Origin: an uncultured Methylomirabilota bacterium
Lineage (GTDB): Bacteria; Methylomirabilota; Methylomirabilia; Methylomirabilales; 2-02-FULL-66-22
DNA: 64,000 nt
Assembly: GCA_963705305.1 (NCBI GenBank)
Contig: OY970067.1
Location: forward strand, 3,296,001 to 3,360,000
Reading direction: 5' to 3'
In this document: one piece after another, positions 21,061 to 30,532 of the stretch
Layout of the letters: every line of letters starts with the position of its first letter
How positions within the stretch are numbered: the stretch's first letter is position 1
Translations under genes and position numbers: made by a program
Notes under the pieces: model-generated
Seen by the model: the letters and a program-made list of their open reading frames with translations, nothing else
What the model was told of the DNA's origin: nothing
The model's database searches: none

Positions 21061-21207
21061 ATCCTTCGGAGACCAGCAGAAGGCTCCGGACGGCTAGGCA
21101 ATACGCAGCCAGACGCCTCTCCGGGTACGTCGTGGGACGGCGGTTCGACTTCCCAGAGGGGAGTCGAGTTTCGCCATATCGTCCTGCCAGGACCACCACC
21201 TATTCGG

Positions 21208-21421
21208 TATGTCGAAATCCTCGCTGGAGCCGCTGAGAAATCGCGGACTTCCGGCGAGGATTTCGATTTTTAGGACGCCCGCGGAAGCGATCCGCGGACA
21301 CCGCGCCAGCAGTGGCGCCTGACGGGGGGAAATAGGCCATGCGCCGGCTGGTATTCGCCGGCCTGCTCGTTCCTGACCGGCAAGGCCAGGATCCTGCCTT
21401 GAAGCCCTGCCGCCGCCTCGC
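21208..21421 (+). repeat. 214-bp direct repeat copy 2
   Basis: Aligns without gaps to 19341-19554; both copies are preceded by CCACCA plus 9 nt. Confidence 0.9.
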
Positions 21422-21617
21422 GCTCCTCGTCCAGCGGATTGACGTACTCCTCGCGGCTGAGGGAGCCATGGGGCCAGCCGTGGCGAGGCGAGCTCTCCCG
21501 CTCGGAGAGGCACGAGCACTCGTGACGGTGCTCATGGCAGCCCCCTTAGTGATGGCCGTGGTACGAGCAGTGGTGGTGATGACCGCAGCAGCAACAGCAA
21601 AGGCAGCAGCAGGACAT
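21270..21617 (-). pseudogene. Pseudogene paralog of the Cys/His-rich protein at 24237-24527
   Basis: Manual translation MSCCCLCCCCCGHHHHCSYHGHH*GGCHEHRHECSC...SREEYVNPLDEERE; in-frame TAA at 21546-21548. Confidence 0.75.
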
Positions 21618-21778
21618 GCGTATCTTCCTTTCGGTTTGCCCCGCCCGGGTTGGCGCGGACGCACCCCCTCGGAAGGCGGGTGCTGTTACTCGCCATTCTA
21701 CTACACGCTGGCCCCCTCGGCATCCCCATGCGGGCTCACCCTCCGGAGGGCCGGATGCAGCCCGGGCGGTCAGAAACT

Positions 21779-21979
21779 CTACCCGCTACACAAAGGTGTT
21801 GAAGATTCGCTTGTCAATAGGCGCGATTCCTCTGTGGTTACAGCGCATTCCGTCCTTTTCGGATTGAGCTGACATCGAGGAAGATTTCTTCCCCGACAAG
21901 GCGTTCCGATTCGGTCAACCAATTCATGCCGTTACTAGCGAAACGCCGACCGTTATCAACACCTTTGTGTAACGGCTAG
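21779..21979. mobile_element. 201-bp MITE copy 1 (probably IS4/IS50-like ends)
   Basis: TIRs CTACCCGCTACACAAAGGTGTTGA / TCAACACCTTTGTGTAACGGCTAG; 9-bp target duplication TCAGAAACT; identical inverted copy at 61589-61789. Confidence 0.92.
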
Positions 21980-23182
21980 TCAGAAACTGGGCGTGGGGAC
22001 CCGCCCCCAGCCGGTCTCCGAGGGCAGGTCGCGAACATCCTGCACTTGGAGCGTGTGAAGCTCCACGTCGGCCATGAAGAGCGGGCGGCGGCGGGCGTCG
22101 ATCGCGAAGAGGTCTGCAGGATCGGACTGGCCGTTCGGCGTCTCGACCCCGAGGAAGATGATCCTGCGGACGAAGCCGCCCGCGGCGGATTCCCCTTCCG
22201 TGCCCATTGCCTGATGCCTGGCGACGTGCCCACCCTGGAGATGCTCGAAGGGATGGAGAATCCAGTCCGAGATCATGGCCAGCGTGTGGTGGCGCTTGTA
22301 GAGCTGCCACTCGCCGCCGGTATCGGCAATCATTCCCTGCATGACGTAATCTCTGGGCATGACGTAGGCGAGGACCGGTCCCTGTTGCGCCGCCAGGCGG
22401 GCCTTGACCTCGGGCACCTCCAGCACGGCCCCCATTCGATGATCCAGAATACCCAGATCGTTCGGCAGGATCGCCAGGGCGGTGACCGGCCCATCGGACC
22501 AGAGGGGCAGGGCCCGCACGGTGTAGGCCCGCGCCGCGAAGGCACCGCCCAGGCTCACAGCCGCCAGGGCGACAATCAGGACCCCGGCACGGACCGAGTT
22601 GCTGCGGACCGGGACGAGCCGACCGACCGCGTGCTCGACCGGTTGCGGCAGGAACATCCCGCTGTGCTGCATGTGTGTCCGGTACTCCTCCCCGAACTGG
22701 CCGAGCATCCGCCGCTCCTCATCGCGCGCCAGGAGGTAGTACAGGATGATCATGACCGCCCAGAGCGCGATCACCAGGAAGCGGGGCCACAGGATGGCCA
22801 GGCCGAGGCCGGTCGCCGCCAGGCCGAGGTACTGGGGGTGACGGATCCACGCGTACAGCCCGCCCAGGGCTGCGCCCGTTTGAGTGAACTTGCGGTAGTA
22901 GACCTGGCACGCGCAGACGAGGAAGATGGCCGCCCCCGCGAGGAACAGAGCCGAGCCCGCGAGGCGCACGGCGGCCAGCAGGGGATCGGGGGGGACCACC
23001 ATGTGGGGCAGGAAGAAGGCCGTCAGCCAGCGGGTGGCGGGGTGCTGGGCCAGCGACAGGAGGACGGGGCTGAACGCCGCGTAGAAGAAGCCCGCGGCGG
23101 GGCTGATCATGATGAGGATCTCCAGCCCGATAATGAAGTAGAGGACGATCGCGCTCCGCCAGAGCGCTTTCGGTTGTGCCAT
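21980..23182 (-). CDS. Membrane methyltransferase of the ICMT/PEMT family with a C-terminal soluble domain
   Basis: Multiple TM helices, GLYAWIRHPQYLG, EERRMLGQFGEEY. Confidence 0.75.
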   Translation of the reverse strand: MAQPKALWRSAIVLYFIIGLEILIMISPAAGFFYAAFSPVLLSLAQHPATRWLTAFFLPHMVVPPDPLLAAVRLAGSALFLAGAAIFLVCACQVYYRKFTQTGAALGGLYAWIRHPQYLGLAATGLGLAILWPRFLVIALWAVMIILYYLLARDEERRMLGQFGEEYRTHMQHSGMFLPQPVEHAVGRLVPVRSNSVRAGVLIVALAAVSLGGAFAARAYTVRALPLWSDGPVTALAILPNDLGILDHRMGAVLEVPEVKARLAAQQGPVLAYVMPRDYVMQGMIADTGGEWQLYKRHHTLAMISDWILHPFEHLQGGHVARHQAMGTEGESAAGGFVRRIIFLGVETPNGQSDPADLFAIDARRRPLFMADVELHTLQVQDVRDLPSETGWGRVPTPSF

Positions 23183-23224
23183 GGATCTTTCTCCCTGCTC
23201 TGGTGTCTGCATAGTTATCTGTTG

Positions 23225-24202
23225 TTACCGTTCCACCACCACGTGAAGCGCGTATGGCGGCCCGCCGTTGAGCTGGGCATCGATCTCCGCCACGCCGGGG
23301 ACCCCGTCGGCCTGGACCTCGAAGCGGACGATGCCGAGCCGTGCGAAGCCGGGGCCGAAGGCCTCCGGCTTCAGGGCAACCGGGACGCCCCGCCGCGAGA
23401 TCTCCCCGATCGGCTCGCCGTCGCTCAGGATCTCCAAGTCACCCCCTGCGGCCGGACGGAGCGAGATGGCCGAGCGGGCCTCATGGGGCAGCGTGACCAG
23501 GAGATCCATGGGGAGAGGTGCGGTCGCGGCCAGCTTCACGTGCTGCCAGTCCTCATCCTGTCCGTTGTGGAGCTGGTTGTACGCGGTGATGACCGGGACC
23601 GGCGCGGCGGTGATGTGGGCGATCGCCTGCCGGGTTCCGGTGAGCGGCCCCGCGCTGTTGAACTGAAGCGTGATGGGGTAATCGCCCGCCTGCCCTGGAT
23701 TCCGCTCGCCCGTGCGAAGGTGAATCGCCTTCAGGCCGGGGCGCTCGGGGGCCGCGGCCGGGATGAATTGATCCAGCGTGATGACGATGGTGCGGGGATC
23801 CTGAGGGTCCGGCGCCACGGTGAAGCGGACGGGGATTGCCTTCTGGGGCCAGCCGTACAGGAGGACCGCCTCGGGATGGACGCCCGGCACCGGGGTGAAG
23901 GCCGCTGGAAACGTGACGCGGATGACGGCCCCGCCAGGGAGCGCATATCCCGGCTCGGCCGGATCCATGGACTTGTCCAGAAGCACCCAGACCTCGAAGA
24001 AGTGCCCGGCCGCAAGTCCCTCGCTTGTCATCGGTTGGTAGCCGATCGTCGCAAGAGGTTCGGCGGCGTGCCCGGTCCCGATGGGCAGCACGACCACCAG
24101 GACGAGTATCACGAGCCACAGCGCAGGCAGAACTCGGGAGCGCCTCCACGGCAGGTGGCTGACGGGTCCAGTCGCCCCAGTTTGTATCACTCTATGTTGC
24201 AT
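23225..24202 (-). CDS. Exported hypothetical beta-rich protein
   Basis: Hydrophobic signal (LWLVILVLVVVLPIGTGHA) followed by about 280 aa with protein-like composition; lies in the operon orientation. Confidence 0.6.
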   Translation of the reverse strand: MQHRVIQTGATGPVSHLPWRRSRVLPALWLVILVLVVVLPIGTGHAAEPLATIGYQPMTSEGLAAGHFFEVWVLLDKSMDPAEPGYALPGGAVIRVTFPAAFTPVPGVHPEAVLLYGWPQKAIPVRFTVAPDPQDPRTIVITLDQFIPAAAPERPGLKAIHLRTGERNPGQAGDYPITLQFNSAGPLTGTRQAIAHITAAPVPVITAYNQLHNGQDEDWQHVKLAATAPLPMDLLVTLPHEARSAISLRPAAGGDLEILSDGEPIGEISRRGVPVALKPEAFGPGFARLGIVRFEVQADGVPGVAEIDAQLNGGPPYALHVVVER

Positions 24203-24236
24203 GCCGGACCCCCGTTCTCTCTCTTCGAAAACCAGG

Positions 24237-24527
24237 CTAGCCCTGGGGCTGGCCTCCCTTTCGGAGTTCGTCCAATTCCTGGCCGAGGAAACGGAGCCGC
24301 CGCTCCAGCAGGTCCCGCTCTTCCTCCAGCCTCCGCACGTACTCCTCGCGCGAGGGGACGGCAGGCCGCTCCTCCTCCGGAGGATGCCCGTGATGGCGGG
24401 AATGGCAGGAGCCGTGGTGGCCTTCCGAGTGGCAGCCGCAGTGGTGATGGCCTCCATGACAGCCGCAGTGGTGATGACCCGAGTGACAGCAGCAGTGCGC
24501 CTGACATTCACAGCAGCAGCACGACAT
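24237..24527 (-). CDS. Small Cys/His-rich putative metal-binding protein with C-terminal coiled coil
   Basis: 13 Cys and 16 His in the first 48 aa; SREEYVRRLEEERDLLERRL coiled coil; GGAGG RBS. Confidence 0.75.
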   Translation of the reverse strand: MSCCCCECQAHCCCHSGHHHCGCHGGHHHCGCHSEGHHGSCHSRHHGHPPEEERPAVPSREEYVRRLEEERDLLERRLRFLGQELDELRKGGQPQG

Positions 24528-24886
24528 GGTGATCCCTCCTCTTTCCACTCCGTGGTTCTCACGGGCCCGGTCAGCCGGCGACCCCTGAGATCTTCAGACC
24601 CGACGTGCCCGCCTATCGAAATCGCAGGAAAACATCTCATGGTGTCTTGCGAAGCCCTGCATTTCAATTTCATTCCAAGGCGACCGGACCAGGGTCGTCC
24701 GGGCTCGCCCAGATCGAGACAGGCCGTGCGGATCCCCGCCGCCCAGGCGCGCTCGGCGCGATTCCCTGGGGCGCTGGGCGCCTTGGGTCCCGCCGACGGG
24801 TCGCGGGGGCATCCCCATGCATCACGCCGCGGGCGGCACGCCGCCCTGCATGCCCCTCGGGGCACGAATGGGGAGGCGCTCGTCAT

Positions 24887-25684
24887 TCAGATCGCCTCCA
24901 GGATGAGCCAGATCGAGATGGCTACAAGCAGCAGGGCGAAATATTTCTTCAGCGCAGCCTGGTTCCTCTTTATTGCGTAGCGAGGGCCGATCTGCGAGCC
25001 GACCAACACCCCTGCGGCCAAAACCCCGGTGAGCAGCAAATCAAAGTGGCCGCGGAGCAGGTGGCCGGCAAAGCCGGTTAAGGCCGTCACCCCGACCATG
25101 AGCGACGAACTTCCCACCGCGATGCTCATCGGCACGCCGCCCAGCACCACGATGGCAGGCACCTTCATGAGGCCGCCGCCGACTCCGAGCAAACCGGCCG
25201 CGAACCCCGCCGCAAGCATCACGGGGACCAGCAGAAGGACGTTGATCATGTAGGGATCAGCCACCCCGGTGCGCCGCCACAGCCACCAGTGCGCCGGTCC
25301 GGCGTGGTGGTCTCCCGCCGGGCGGGGCGGCTTGTACATGTAGTGGGCGCCCACAAGGAGGACTCCGGCAAAGCAGATCTTGGCGAAGCCGGCGGGGATA
25401 TACGGGGAGAGATAGCCCCCCAGGAAGGCCCCGATGTTTGTGGGCGGCTCGATCAACAGGACCAGCTTCCAGTCCACCATCCTAGCCCGGGCAAAGACCA
25501 GCATCGAGGAAAATGAGACAACCACGATCAAGACTTGACTGGTGGTGGCGGCCACGTACATCGGCACAGAGAGCGCCAGGAGCATCGGAACATAGAAAGC
25601 CCCACCCCCTTGGCCGAGCATGGAGAAGACGGCCGAGGCAATCAGGAACACAGCACACAGCATCCCTAGAGTATAAAAGGGCAT
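24887..25684 (-). CDS. TauE/SafE (TSUP) family membrane transporter
   Basis: MLGQGGG and GLLGVGGG repeats, AVGSS, about 8 TM segments. Confidence 0.85.
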   Translation of the reverse strand: MPFYTLGMLCAVFLIASAVFSMLGQGGGAFYVPMLLALSVPMYVAATTSQVLIVVVSFSSMLVFARARMVDWKLVLLIEPPTNIGAFLGGYLSPYIPAGFAKICFAGVLLVGAHYMYKPPRPAGDHHAGPAHWWLWRRTGVADPYMINVLLLVPVMLAAGFAAGLLGVGGGLMKVPAIVVLGGVPMSIAVGSSSLMVGVTALTGFAGHLLRGHFDLLLTGVLAAGVLVGSQIGPRYAIKRNQAALKKYFALLLVAISIWLILEAI

Positions 25685-25876
25685 TGGGTTCCTCCAACCC
25701 GATGGCCGCCCGGCTCCCCGGGGCCGATGCCCGGGTCCTCGCCCGGCTCGTGAACCAGAGCTCCTGGCTCTGGGAGCCGGATGGGAAAGCGCCGGCCATC
25801 GATTATGGCCGGACGATTCGGTCTTCGGCTCCCTCCCGCAGGATGCAGCTCCCTTCCGGCGTCTCTTCCGGCCGGG

Positions 25877-26470
25877 TCAGAGGGTATGCCCCGCGCAGGG
25901 GATGCAGTGAGGTGCTCCGTCCACCAGGCGGACGTAGCGCTCGAAGGCGTACTCCCCGCACTGCACACACTTCGCCTTGTTGAAGGCGCCCTTCACCGGA
26001 TGGAAGGCAAACTCGGGGCGGGATTCGACTTTGAAGAGAACCTCGTCCGGCTGGGCGAACATCCACTCGACCACCTCGTTGGTCGCCGCGGCGGGGATCT
26101 CCGAGGGCTCCTTGCCGGCCTTGCGGTACTTGAAGAACTCGAAGGGACCCATCCCGTCCATGAATTCCGGCTTCATGGCGATCCGGACGGCGCCCTTGCC
26201 TGGCTTGAAGAGGGTGAACGCCAACTTGCCCACCCCGGTCTTCTCCATCAGGAGCTTCCCGTAGGTGCAGCCGGTGGCCGCCTGGATCCCGTCCACCATG
26301 CAGGTCATCGGATGGCCGACGCCGATCTCTGGGAAGGCAAACAGGCCATGGTCCTTCTCGCGGTCGACGCCCAGCGTTCGCAGGGCCAATTGTCCCATGC
26401 GATAGCCGATCGGCATGAAGGGGCAGCGGTGCCCGTGAAACTCGTATACCCACTGCGGCACGATGTCCAT
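25877..26470 (-). CDS. FmdE-family protein with C-terminal zinc finger
   Basis: FHGHRCP...GYRM, CMVDGIQAATGCTYGK, CVQCGE...CIPC. Confidence 0.88.
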   Translation of the reverse strand: MDIVPQWVYEFHGHRCPFMPIGYRMGQLALRTLGVDREKDHGLFAFPEIGVGHPMTCMVDGIQAATGCTYGKLLMEKTGVGKLAFTLFKPGKGAVRIAMKPEFMDGMGPFEFFKYRKAGKEPSEIPAAATNEVVEWMFAQPDEVLFKVESRPEFAFHPVKGAFNKAKCVQCGEYAFERYVRLVDGAPHCIPCAGHTL

Positions 26471-26531
26471 AGAGACCTCCTTCCGAGGGAATGCCCCCGG
26501 TGTTCACGTGGAGAATTCTGCGCCCGGCACG

Positions 26532-26712
26532 CTAAGCCGCGATCCAGGCGCGGACCTCCTCGGCCTTCGGGATCCGGCCCGAGAGCTTCACCACACCATC
26601 CACCGCTACCGCGGGCGTGCTCATGACGCCCAGCGCGGCGATCTCCTGCAGGTCCGTGACGGGTGAGATGTCCGCCGCGCGTTCGAGCTGCGCGCACGCA
26701 TTTCGGAGACAT
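26532..26712 (-). pseudogene. Truncated/frameshifted small thioredoxin-like protein (redox-active disulfide protein of ars operons)
   Basis: VTDLQEIAALGVMSTPAVAVDGVVKLSGRIP C-half intact; the RBS-linked ATG (MSPKC) is in another frame and the CxxC is incomplete. Confidence 0.7.
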
Positions 26713-26731
26713 GGTACCTCCCTGTCCTGTG

Positions 26732-27148
26732 CTAACCGAGATCCCGAACCAGTTCCCGCACCCGCACCTCGATCTGATCCCGAATGTCCCGGAAGCTGGC
26801 TAAGATCACCTCGGGGCTGCCTTCCGCTGCGGCCGGATCTTCCAGCGGCCAGTGGAGCCGGCGGACCTCGGGTGGGAGGATCGGGCACGACTCGTTGGCG
26901 TGGCCGCAGACCGTGACCACCACGCCCATCTGCCGGGCTAGCTCCCAGTCGAAGGCCTTCGACTGCTGGCCGGAGATGTCGATACCCTTCTCCTGCATCA
27001 CGGTGACCGCGACGGGGTGGAGGCGACTCGGTTTCATCCCCGCGCTGTGGGCCTCCACGCGGCCCTGGCCAAAGCAGCGGGCAAAACCCTCCGCCATCTG
27101 GCTCCGCGCCGAGTTCCCCGTACAGACGAACAAGACGCGCACAGCCAC
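26732..27148 (-). CDS. arsC: Arsenate reductase, LMW-PTP (thioredoxin-coupled) type
   Basis: VCTGNSARSQMAEG, VTVCGHANESCP, HWPLEDP. Confidence 0.92.
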   Translation of the reverse strand: MAVRVLFVCTGNSARSQMAEGFARCFGQGRVEAHSAGMKPSRLHPVAVTVMQEKGIDISGQQSKAFDWELARQMGVVVTVCGHANESCPILPPEVRRLHWPLEDPAAAEGSPEVILASFRDIRDQIEVRVRELVRDLG

Positions 27149-27164
27149 CTCCGTCCCCCCCGGC

Positions 27165-28238
27165 TTACCGTCCCCAAGCGGGCGCAGCCGCAGGCTTCCC
27201 CTCGAAGTACCGCCGCTGGAACCAGAAGGCGACGTTGACCAGGCTGATCAGGGCGGGCACCTCGACCAAGGGCCCGATCACCGCGGCGAAGGCGGCGCCG
27301 GAGTTGAGCCCGAAGACCGCCACGGCCACGGCGATGGCCAGCTCGAAGTTGTTGCTCGCCGCGGTGAAGGAGAGCGAGGCGCTCGTCGGATAGTCCGCCC
27401 CCAGGCGGTGGCTCAGGAAGAACGAGACGAGGAACATCACGCCGAAGTAGATCAGGAGGGGGACCGCGATCCGGAGGACATCCAGCGGCAGGCGGACGAT
27501 GACCCCGCCCTTCAGGCTGAACATCACGACGATGGTGAAGAGGAGGGCGACCAAGGTGATCGGGGAGATGCGGGGGATGAACTGCGTCGCGTACCAGTCC
27601 TTCCCCTTCAGGGGGATCAGGGTAAACCGGGTGATCACGCCTCCGAGGAACGGGATCCCGAGGTAGATGAACACGCTCTCGGCGATGTCCCGCATGGAGA
27701 CGTGGACCGCCGTGCCCTGGAGCCCGAACCAGCCGGGCAGGACGGTGATGAACACGTACGCGAAGACCGAGAAGAAGAGGACCTGGAAGATCGCGTTGAA
27801 GGCGACCAGGGCCGCGCAGTACTCCGCGTCGCCTCGGGCCAGGTCATTCCACACGATGACCATGGCGATGCAGCGGGCGAGACCGATCAGAATCAGGCCG
27901 ATCATGTACTCCGGATAGGCGTGCAGGAAGGTAATCGCGAGCAGGAACATCAAGATCGGGCCGATGATCCAGTTCTGGACGAGGGAGAGGACCAGCACCT
28001 TGACGTCCCGGAACACGCGGCCGATTTCCTCGTACTTCACCTTGGCGAGCGGCGGGTACATCATGAGGATGAGGCCGAGGGCAATCGGGATCGAGGTCGT
28101 CCCGACCTGGAAGGCGGAGATCCACCGGGTGCTCGCGGGGGCGAGGTACCCCTGGGCCACGCCGGCGAACATCGCGAGGAAGATCCAGAGCGTCAGGTAG
28201 CGGTCCAGGAACGACAGGCGCTGTGCCACACCAGCCAT
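27165..28238 (-). CDS. acr3: ACR3-family arsenite efflux transporter
   Basis: [45 protein letters not shown]. Confidence 0.95.
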   Translation of the reverse strand: MAGVAQRLSFLDRYLTLWIFLAMFAGVAQGYLAPASTRWISAFQVGTTSIPIALGLILMMYPPLAKVKYEEIGRVFRDVKVLVLSLVQNWIIGPILMFLLAITFLHAYPEYMIGLILIGLARCIAMVIVWNDLARGDAEYCAALVAFNAIFQVLFFSVFAYVFITVLPGWFGLQGTAVHVSMRDIAESVFIYLGIPFLGGVITRFTLIPLKGKDWYATQFIPRISPITLVALLFTIVVMFSLKGGVIVRLPLDVLRIAVPLLIYFGVMFLVSFFLSHRLGADYPTSASLSFTAASNNFELAIAVAVAVFGLNSGAAFAAVIGPLVEVPALISLVNVAFWFQRRYFEGKPAAAPAWGR

Positions 28239-28305
28239 CAGGAACCTCCAGTCAGGAATTTACATGCAGACCCGTGCATATTTCAGAGCCAAAAAACGCC
28301 CCGGA

Positions 28306-28665
28306 TTACCGGCACGCGTAGCGGTCCGCCCGGCCCCGAGCGAGCCGCTTCGCCAGGCGCGCATCGTCTCGCTTGGCCTCGGGCGCGTCGCGCGTGTGCA
28401 CGTCGAGGAGCTTCAGCAGATCCTGGTGCAGCGCGCTCCGCATCACGGCGCCGCTGATCCGGTAGTGCATCCACCGGCCGCTGCGCGTGGCCACGACGAG
28501 GCCGGCTTGGCGCATCTCCCGCAGGTGCCGCGAGACCTTGTACTGGGGCAACTGGACCGCCTCCATTAGCTCGCACACGCACAATTCTTGCCGATAGAGG
28601 AGCCGCAGCAGGCGGAGACGTATGGGATCGGCCAGCGCGGCAAGCAACCGCGTGATTTGTTCCAT
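28306..28665 (-). CDS. arsR: ArsR/SmtB metalloregulatory repressor
   Basis: ALADPIRLRLL, ELCVCEL, VSRHL, GRWMHY. Confidence 0.92.
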   Translation of the reverse strand: MEQITRLLAALADPIRLRLLRLLYRQELCVCELMEAVQLPQYKVSRHLREMRQAGLVVATRSGRWMHYRISGAVMRSALHQDLLKLLDVHTRDAPEAKRDDARLAKRLARGRADRYACR

Positions 28666-28679
28666 GCTCCTTCCCCCCA

Positions 28680-28759
28680 TTTCGCAATACATGCGAAACA
28701 ATGTATATATAATTCTTCCGGCCGGGAGAGTCAAGAGAAATATGCAATGCTTTGCATAT
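28680..28759 (-). promoter_or_regulatory. ars operon sigma70 promoter with palindromic ArsR-type operators
   Basis: Minus strand TTGACT-17 nt-TATATA; inverted repeats TTTCGCA-ATACA-TGCGAAA (28680-28698) and ATATGCAA-TGCT-TTGCATAT (28740-28759). Confidence 0.7.
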
Positions 28760-29011
28760 GTGTACCGCCAACCACCTCTCCACCGGTTGATGGACGGTGG
28801 GCTCCCTTTGGTCAGAGGAAATCGCTACAGGCACTATTCGCATTTAACTTCTCGGCATCGATGCCCCGGATTGCCCCTAGCGGAAACCCAGCCATCTAAT
28901 CGGCGATGATCTTACGATTCCAGGCTGAAGGCAGTCTTGAGGGTTCTGTCTTTTGTACACTTCGGGGAGCCAATCGGCACTCGACCTAAGCGTCGGCATT
29001 ACGGCTGATCC

Positions 29012-29168
29012 AATAGGCCGGTTGCAGACGGGTTCATGGCCTGAGCCGTGATCTGAGCCGGGAGCCGTGAGGCGAGGGGATATCGAGCCAGACCGCTCCA
29101 AAGGACGTGAGCGCCAAATTCGCCTTTGTTGGCGATCTCTCGCTTTCAAACGAAAGTTTCGCTCTGCC
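29012..29168 (+). repeat. 157-bp direct repeat copy 2
   Basis: Near-identical to 20904-21060. Confidence 0.9.
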
Positions 29169-29320
29169 GTCTCTCCTGGACCACCAGAAGAAACGCCAGC
29201 AGGCTCCCAACCGGGCCCGCTGGCGTTTGTGTTTTGGCAGGAGGCCGAACTGGGTACCGACCAGAACTCGCAAGTTCGTGGAACACGCGTTCCCGTATCG
29301 ACGGGCCGGGCGGCGCGTTC

Positions 29321-30214
29321 TCAGGCCTTGGCCCGGACGGTGGTGTCGGCCAGGGCCTCGAGGACCGTGAGGACGACGCACGAATCCAGGTGGCCTTTTC
29401 CCTGGGACCTGGCGGCGCGCAGGATCTCCCGCGCTGCGCCGGCCACGGGGAGCGAAACCCCGCATTCTTCGGCCAGCAGCAGGGCCGTCGACAGGTCCTT
29501 GTACAGGTTGTTGGCGCTGAAATGCGGGGTGAAGTCGTGCTTGACCATGCGCGGCCCGCGGGTCTCCATGGCGCCAGTCCGCGCACCGCCGACCGAGGTG
29601 ATCTCGATCACGGCCTGCGGGTCCAGTCCCGCCTTGGACGCCAGCACCAGCGCCTCCGCGGCGGCGTGAATCGTCACGCCCAGGATGAGGTTATTCACCA
29701 GCTTCAAGGTGGTGCCCATTCCGCTCTCGCCCGCGTACACGATCTTCGCGCCCATCGTCCGGAGGAGAGGGAGACAGCTCTCATACACGATCCGCGGACC
29801 GCCGACCATGATGCCGAGCTTGCCCTCGGCGGCGACCGCGGGGGCGCCGGTAACGGGCGCATCCAGCATGGCTGCACCCCGGGCGGCGGCCCGGGCGGCG
29901 ATCTGTCGTGACATGCTGGGGGATATGCTGCTCATATCGATCAAGATCAAGCCGGCGTGGGCTCCCTCTAAGATCCCGCCGGACTCGCAGGCGACCTGAT
30001 GCGAGGCCGCCGAGTCGGTGACCATGCTGATGACGATATCCGAAGTCTCGGCGACGGCACGGGGCGAATCCGCCCCGGTCGCCCCGGCCTCGAGGAGCGG
30101 GGTCGCCTTCTCGCGGCTGCGGCTCCACACCGTGAGCGGATATCCCGCATTCAGTACGCGCTGCGACATGGGCCGACCCATCAAGCCCAGACCGACGAAT
30201 CCGATGCGCTGCAT
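29321..30214 (-). CDS. NAD(P)-dependent beta-hydroxyacid dehydrogenase (3-hydroxyisobutyrate DH / GarR family)
   Basis: IGFVGLGLMG, DAPVTG, KLVNN, KDL. Confidence 0.9.
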   Translation of the reverse strand: MQRIGFVGLGLMGRPMSQRVLNAGYPLTVWSRSREKATPLLEAGATGADSPRAVAETSDIVISMVTDSAASHQVACESGGILEGAHAGLILIDMSSISPSMSRQIAARAAARGAAMLDAPVTGAPAVAAEGKLGIMVGGPRIVYESCLPLLRTMGAKIVYAGESGMGTTLKLVNNLILGVTIHAAAEALVLASKAGLDPQAVIEITSVGGARTGAMETRGPRMVKHDFTPHFSANNLYKDLSTALLLAEECGVSLPVAGAAREILRAARSQGKGHLDSCVVLTVLEALADTTVRAKA

Positions 30215-30532
30215 ACGGCCTCCCGGCTCCATGGCCGATTCCCGGACTCCCCCACCGATCCCGGCAAGCCCTCTTCGAGCGCGAGCATCACCCGGACCAA
30301 GAAAAATATCACAATTGGGGGGCCCCGGCCATGACGGATTGCCTGCGATTCGGGGAGCCGCATCCGGGGCTCCCAGCCGGCGGCGTCACGGAATTCGGGG
30401 TGGTTTCGTGAAGTTCTTGTGGTACAGCGGGCCCGGATGTGGTAGCTTCCCTGCGATCGAGACCTGCCCCGCCCCCGCGCCGGCCGCGGGTGCGCGGGGT
30501 CCGTGGACCTACTGAGCTGAAAGGAGAGGAGC

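Noticed and set aside
19300..21200. Intact tRNA or tmRNA gene
   Set aside because: Only 3'-end and T-arm-like fragments are present; no complete cloverleaf or 5' acceptor strand found
21779..21979. IS630-type (TA target) classification of the MITE
   Set aside because: The CTA/TAG ends belong to the element itself; both copies show 9-bp target duplications
22046..24532. 828-aa plus-strand ORF, and similar long ORFs at 63-1280, 37203-39227 and 49649-51970
   Set aside because: Antisense shadows of well-supported genes in high-GC DNA; no motifs of their own
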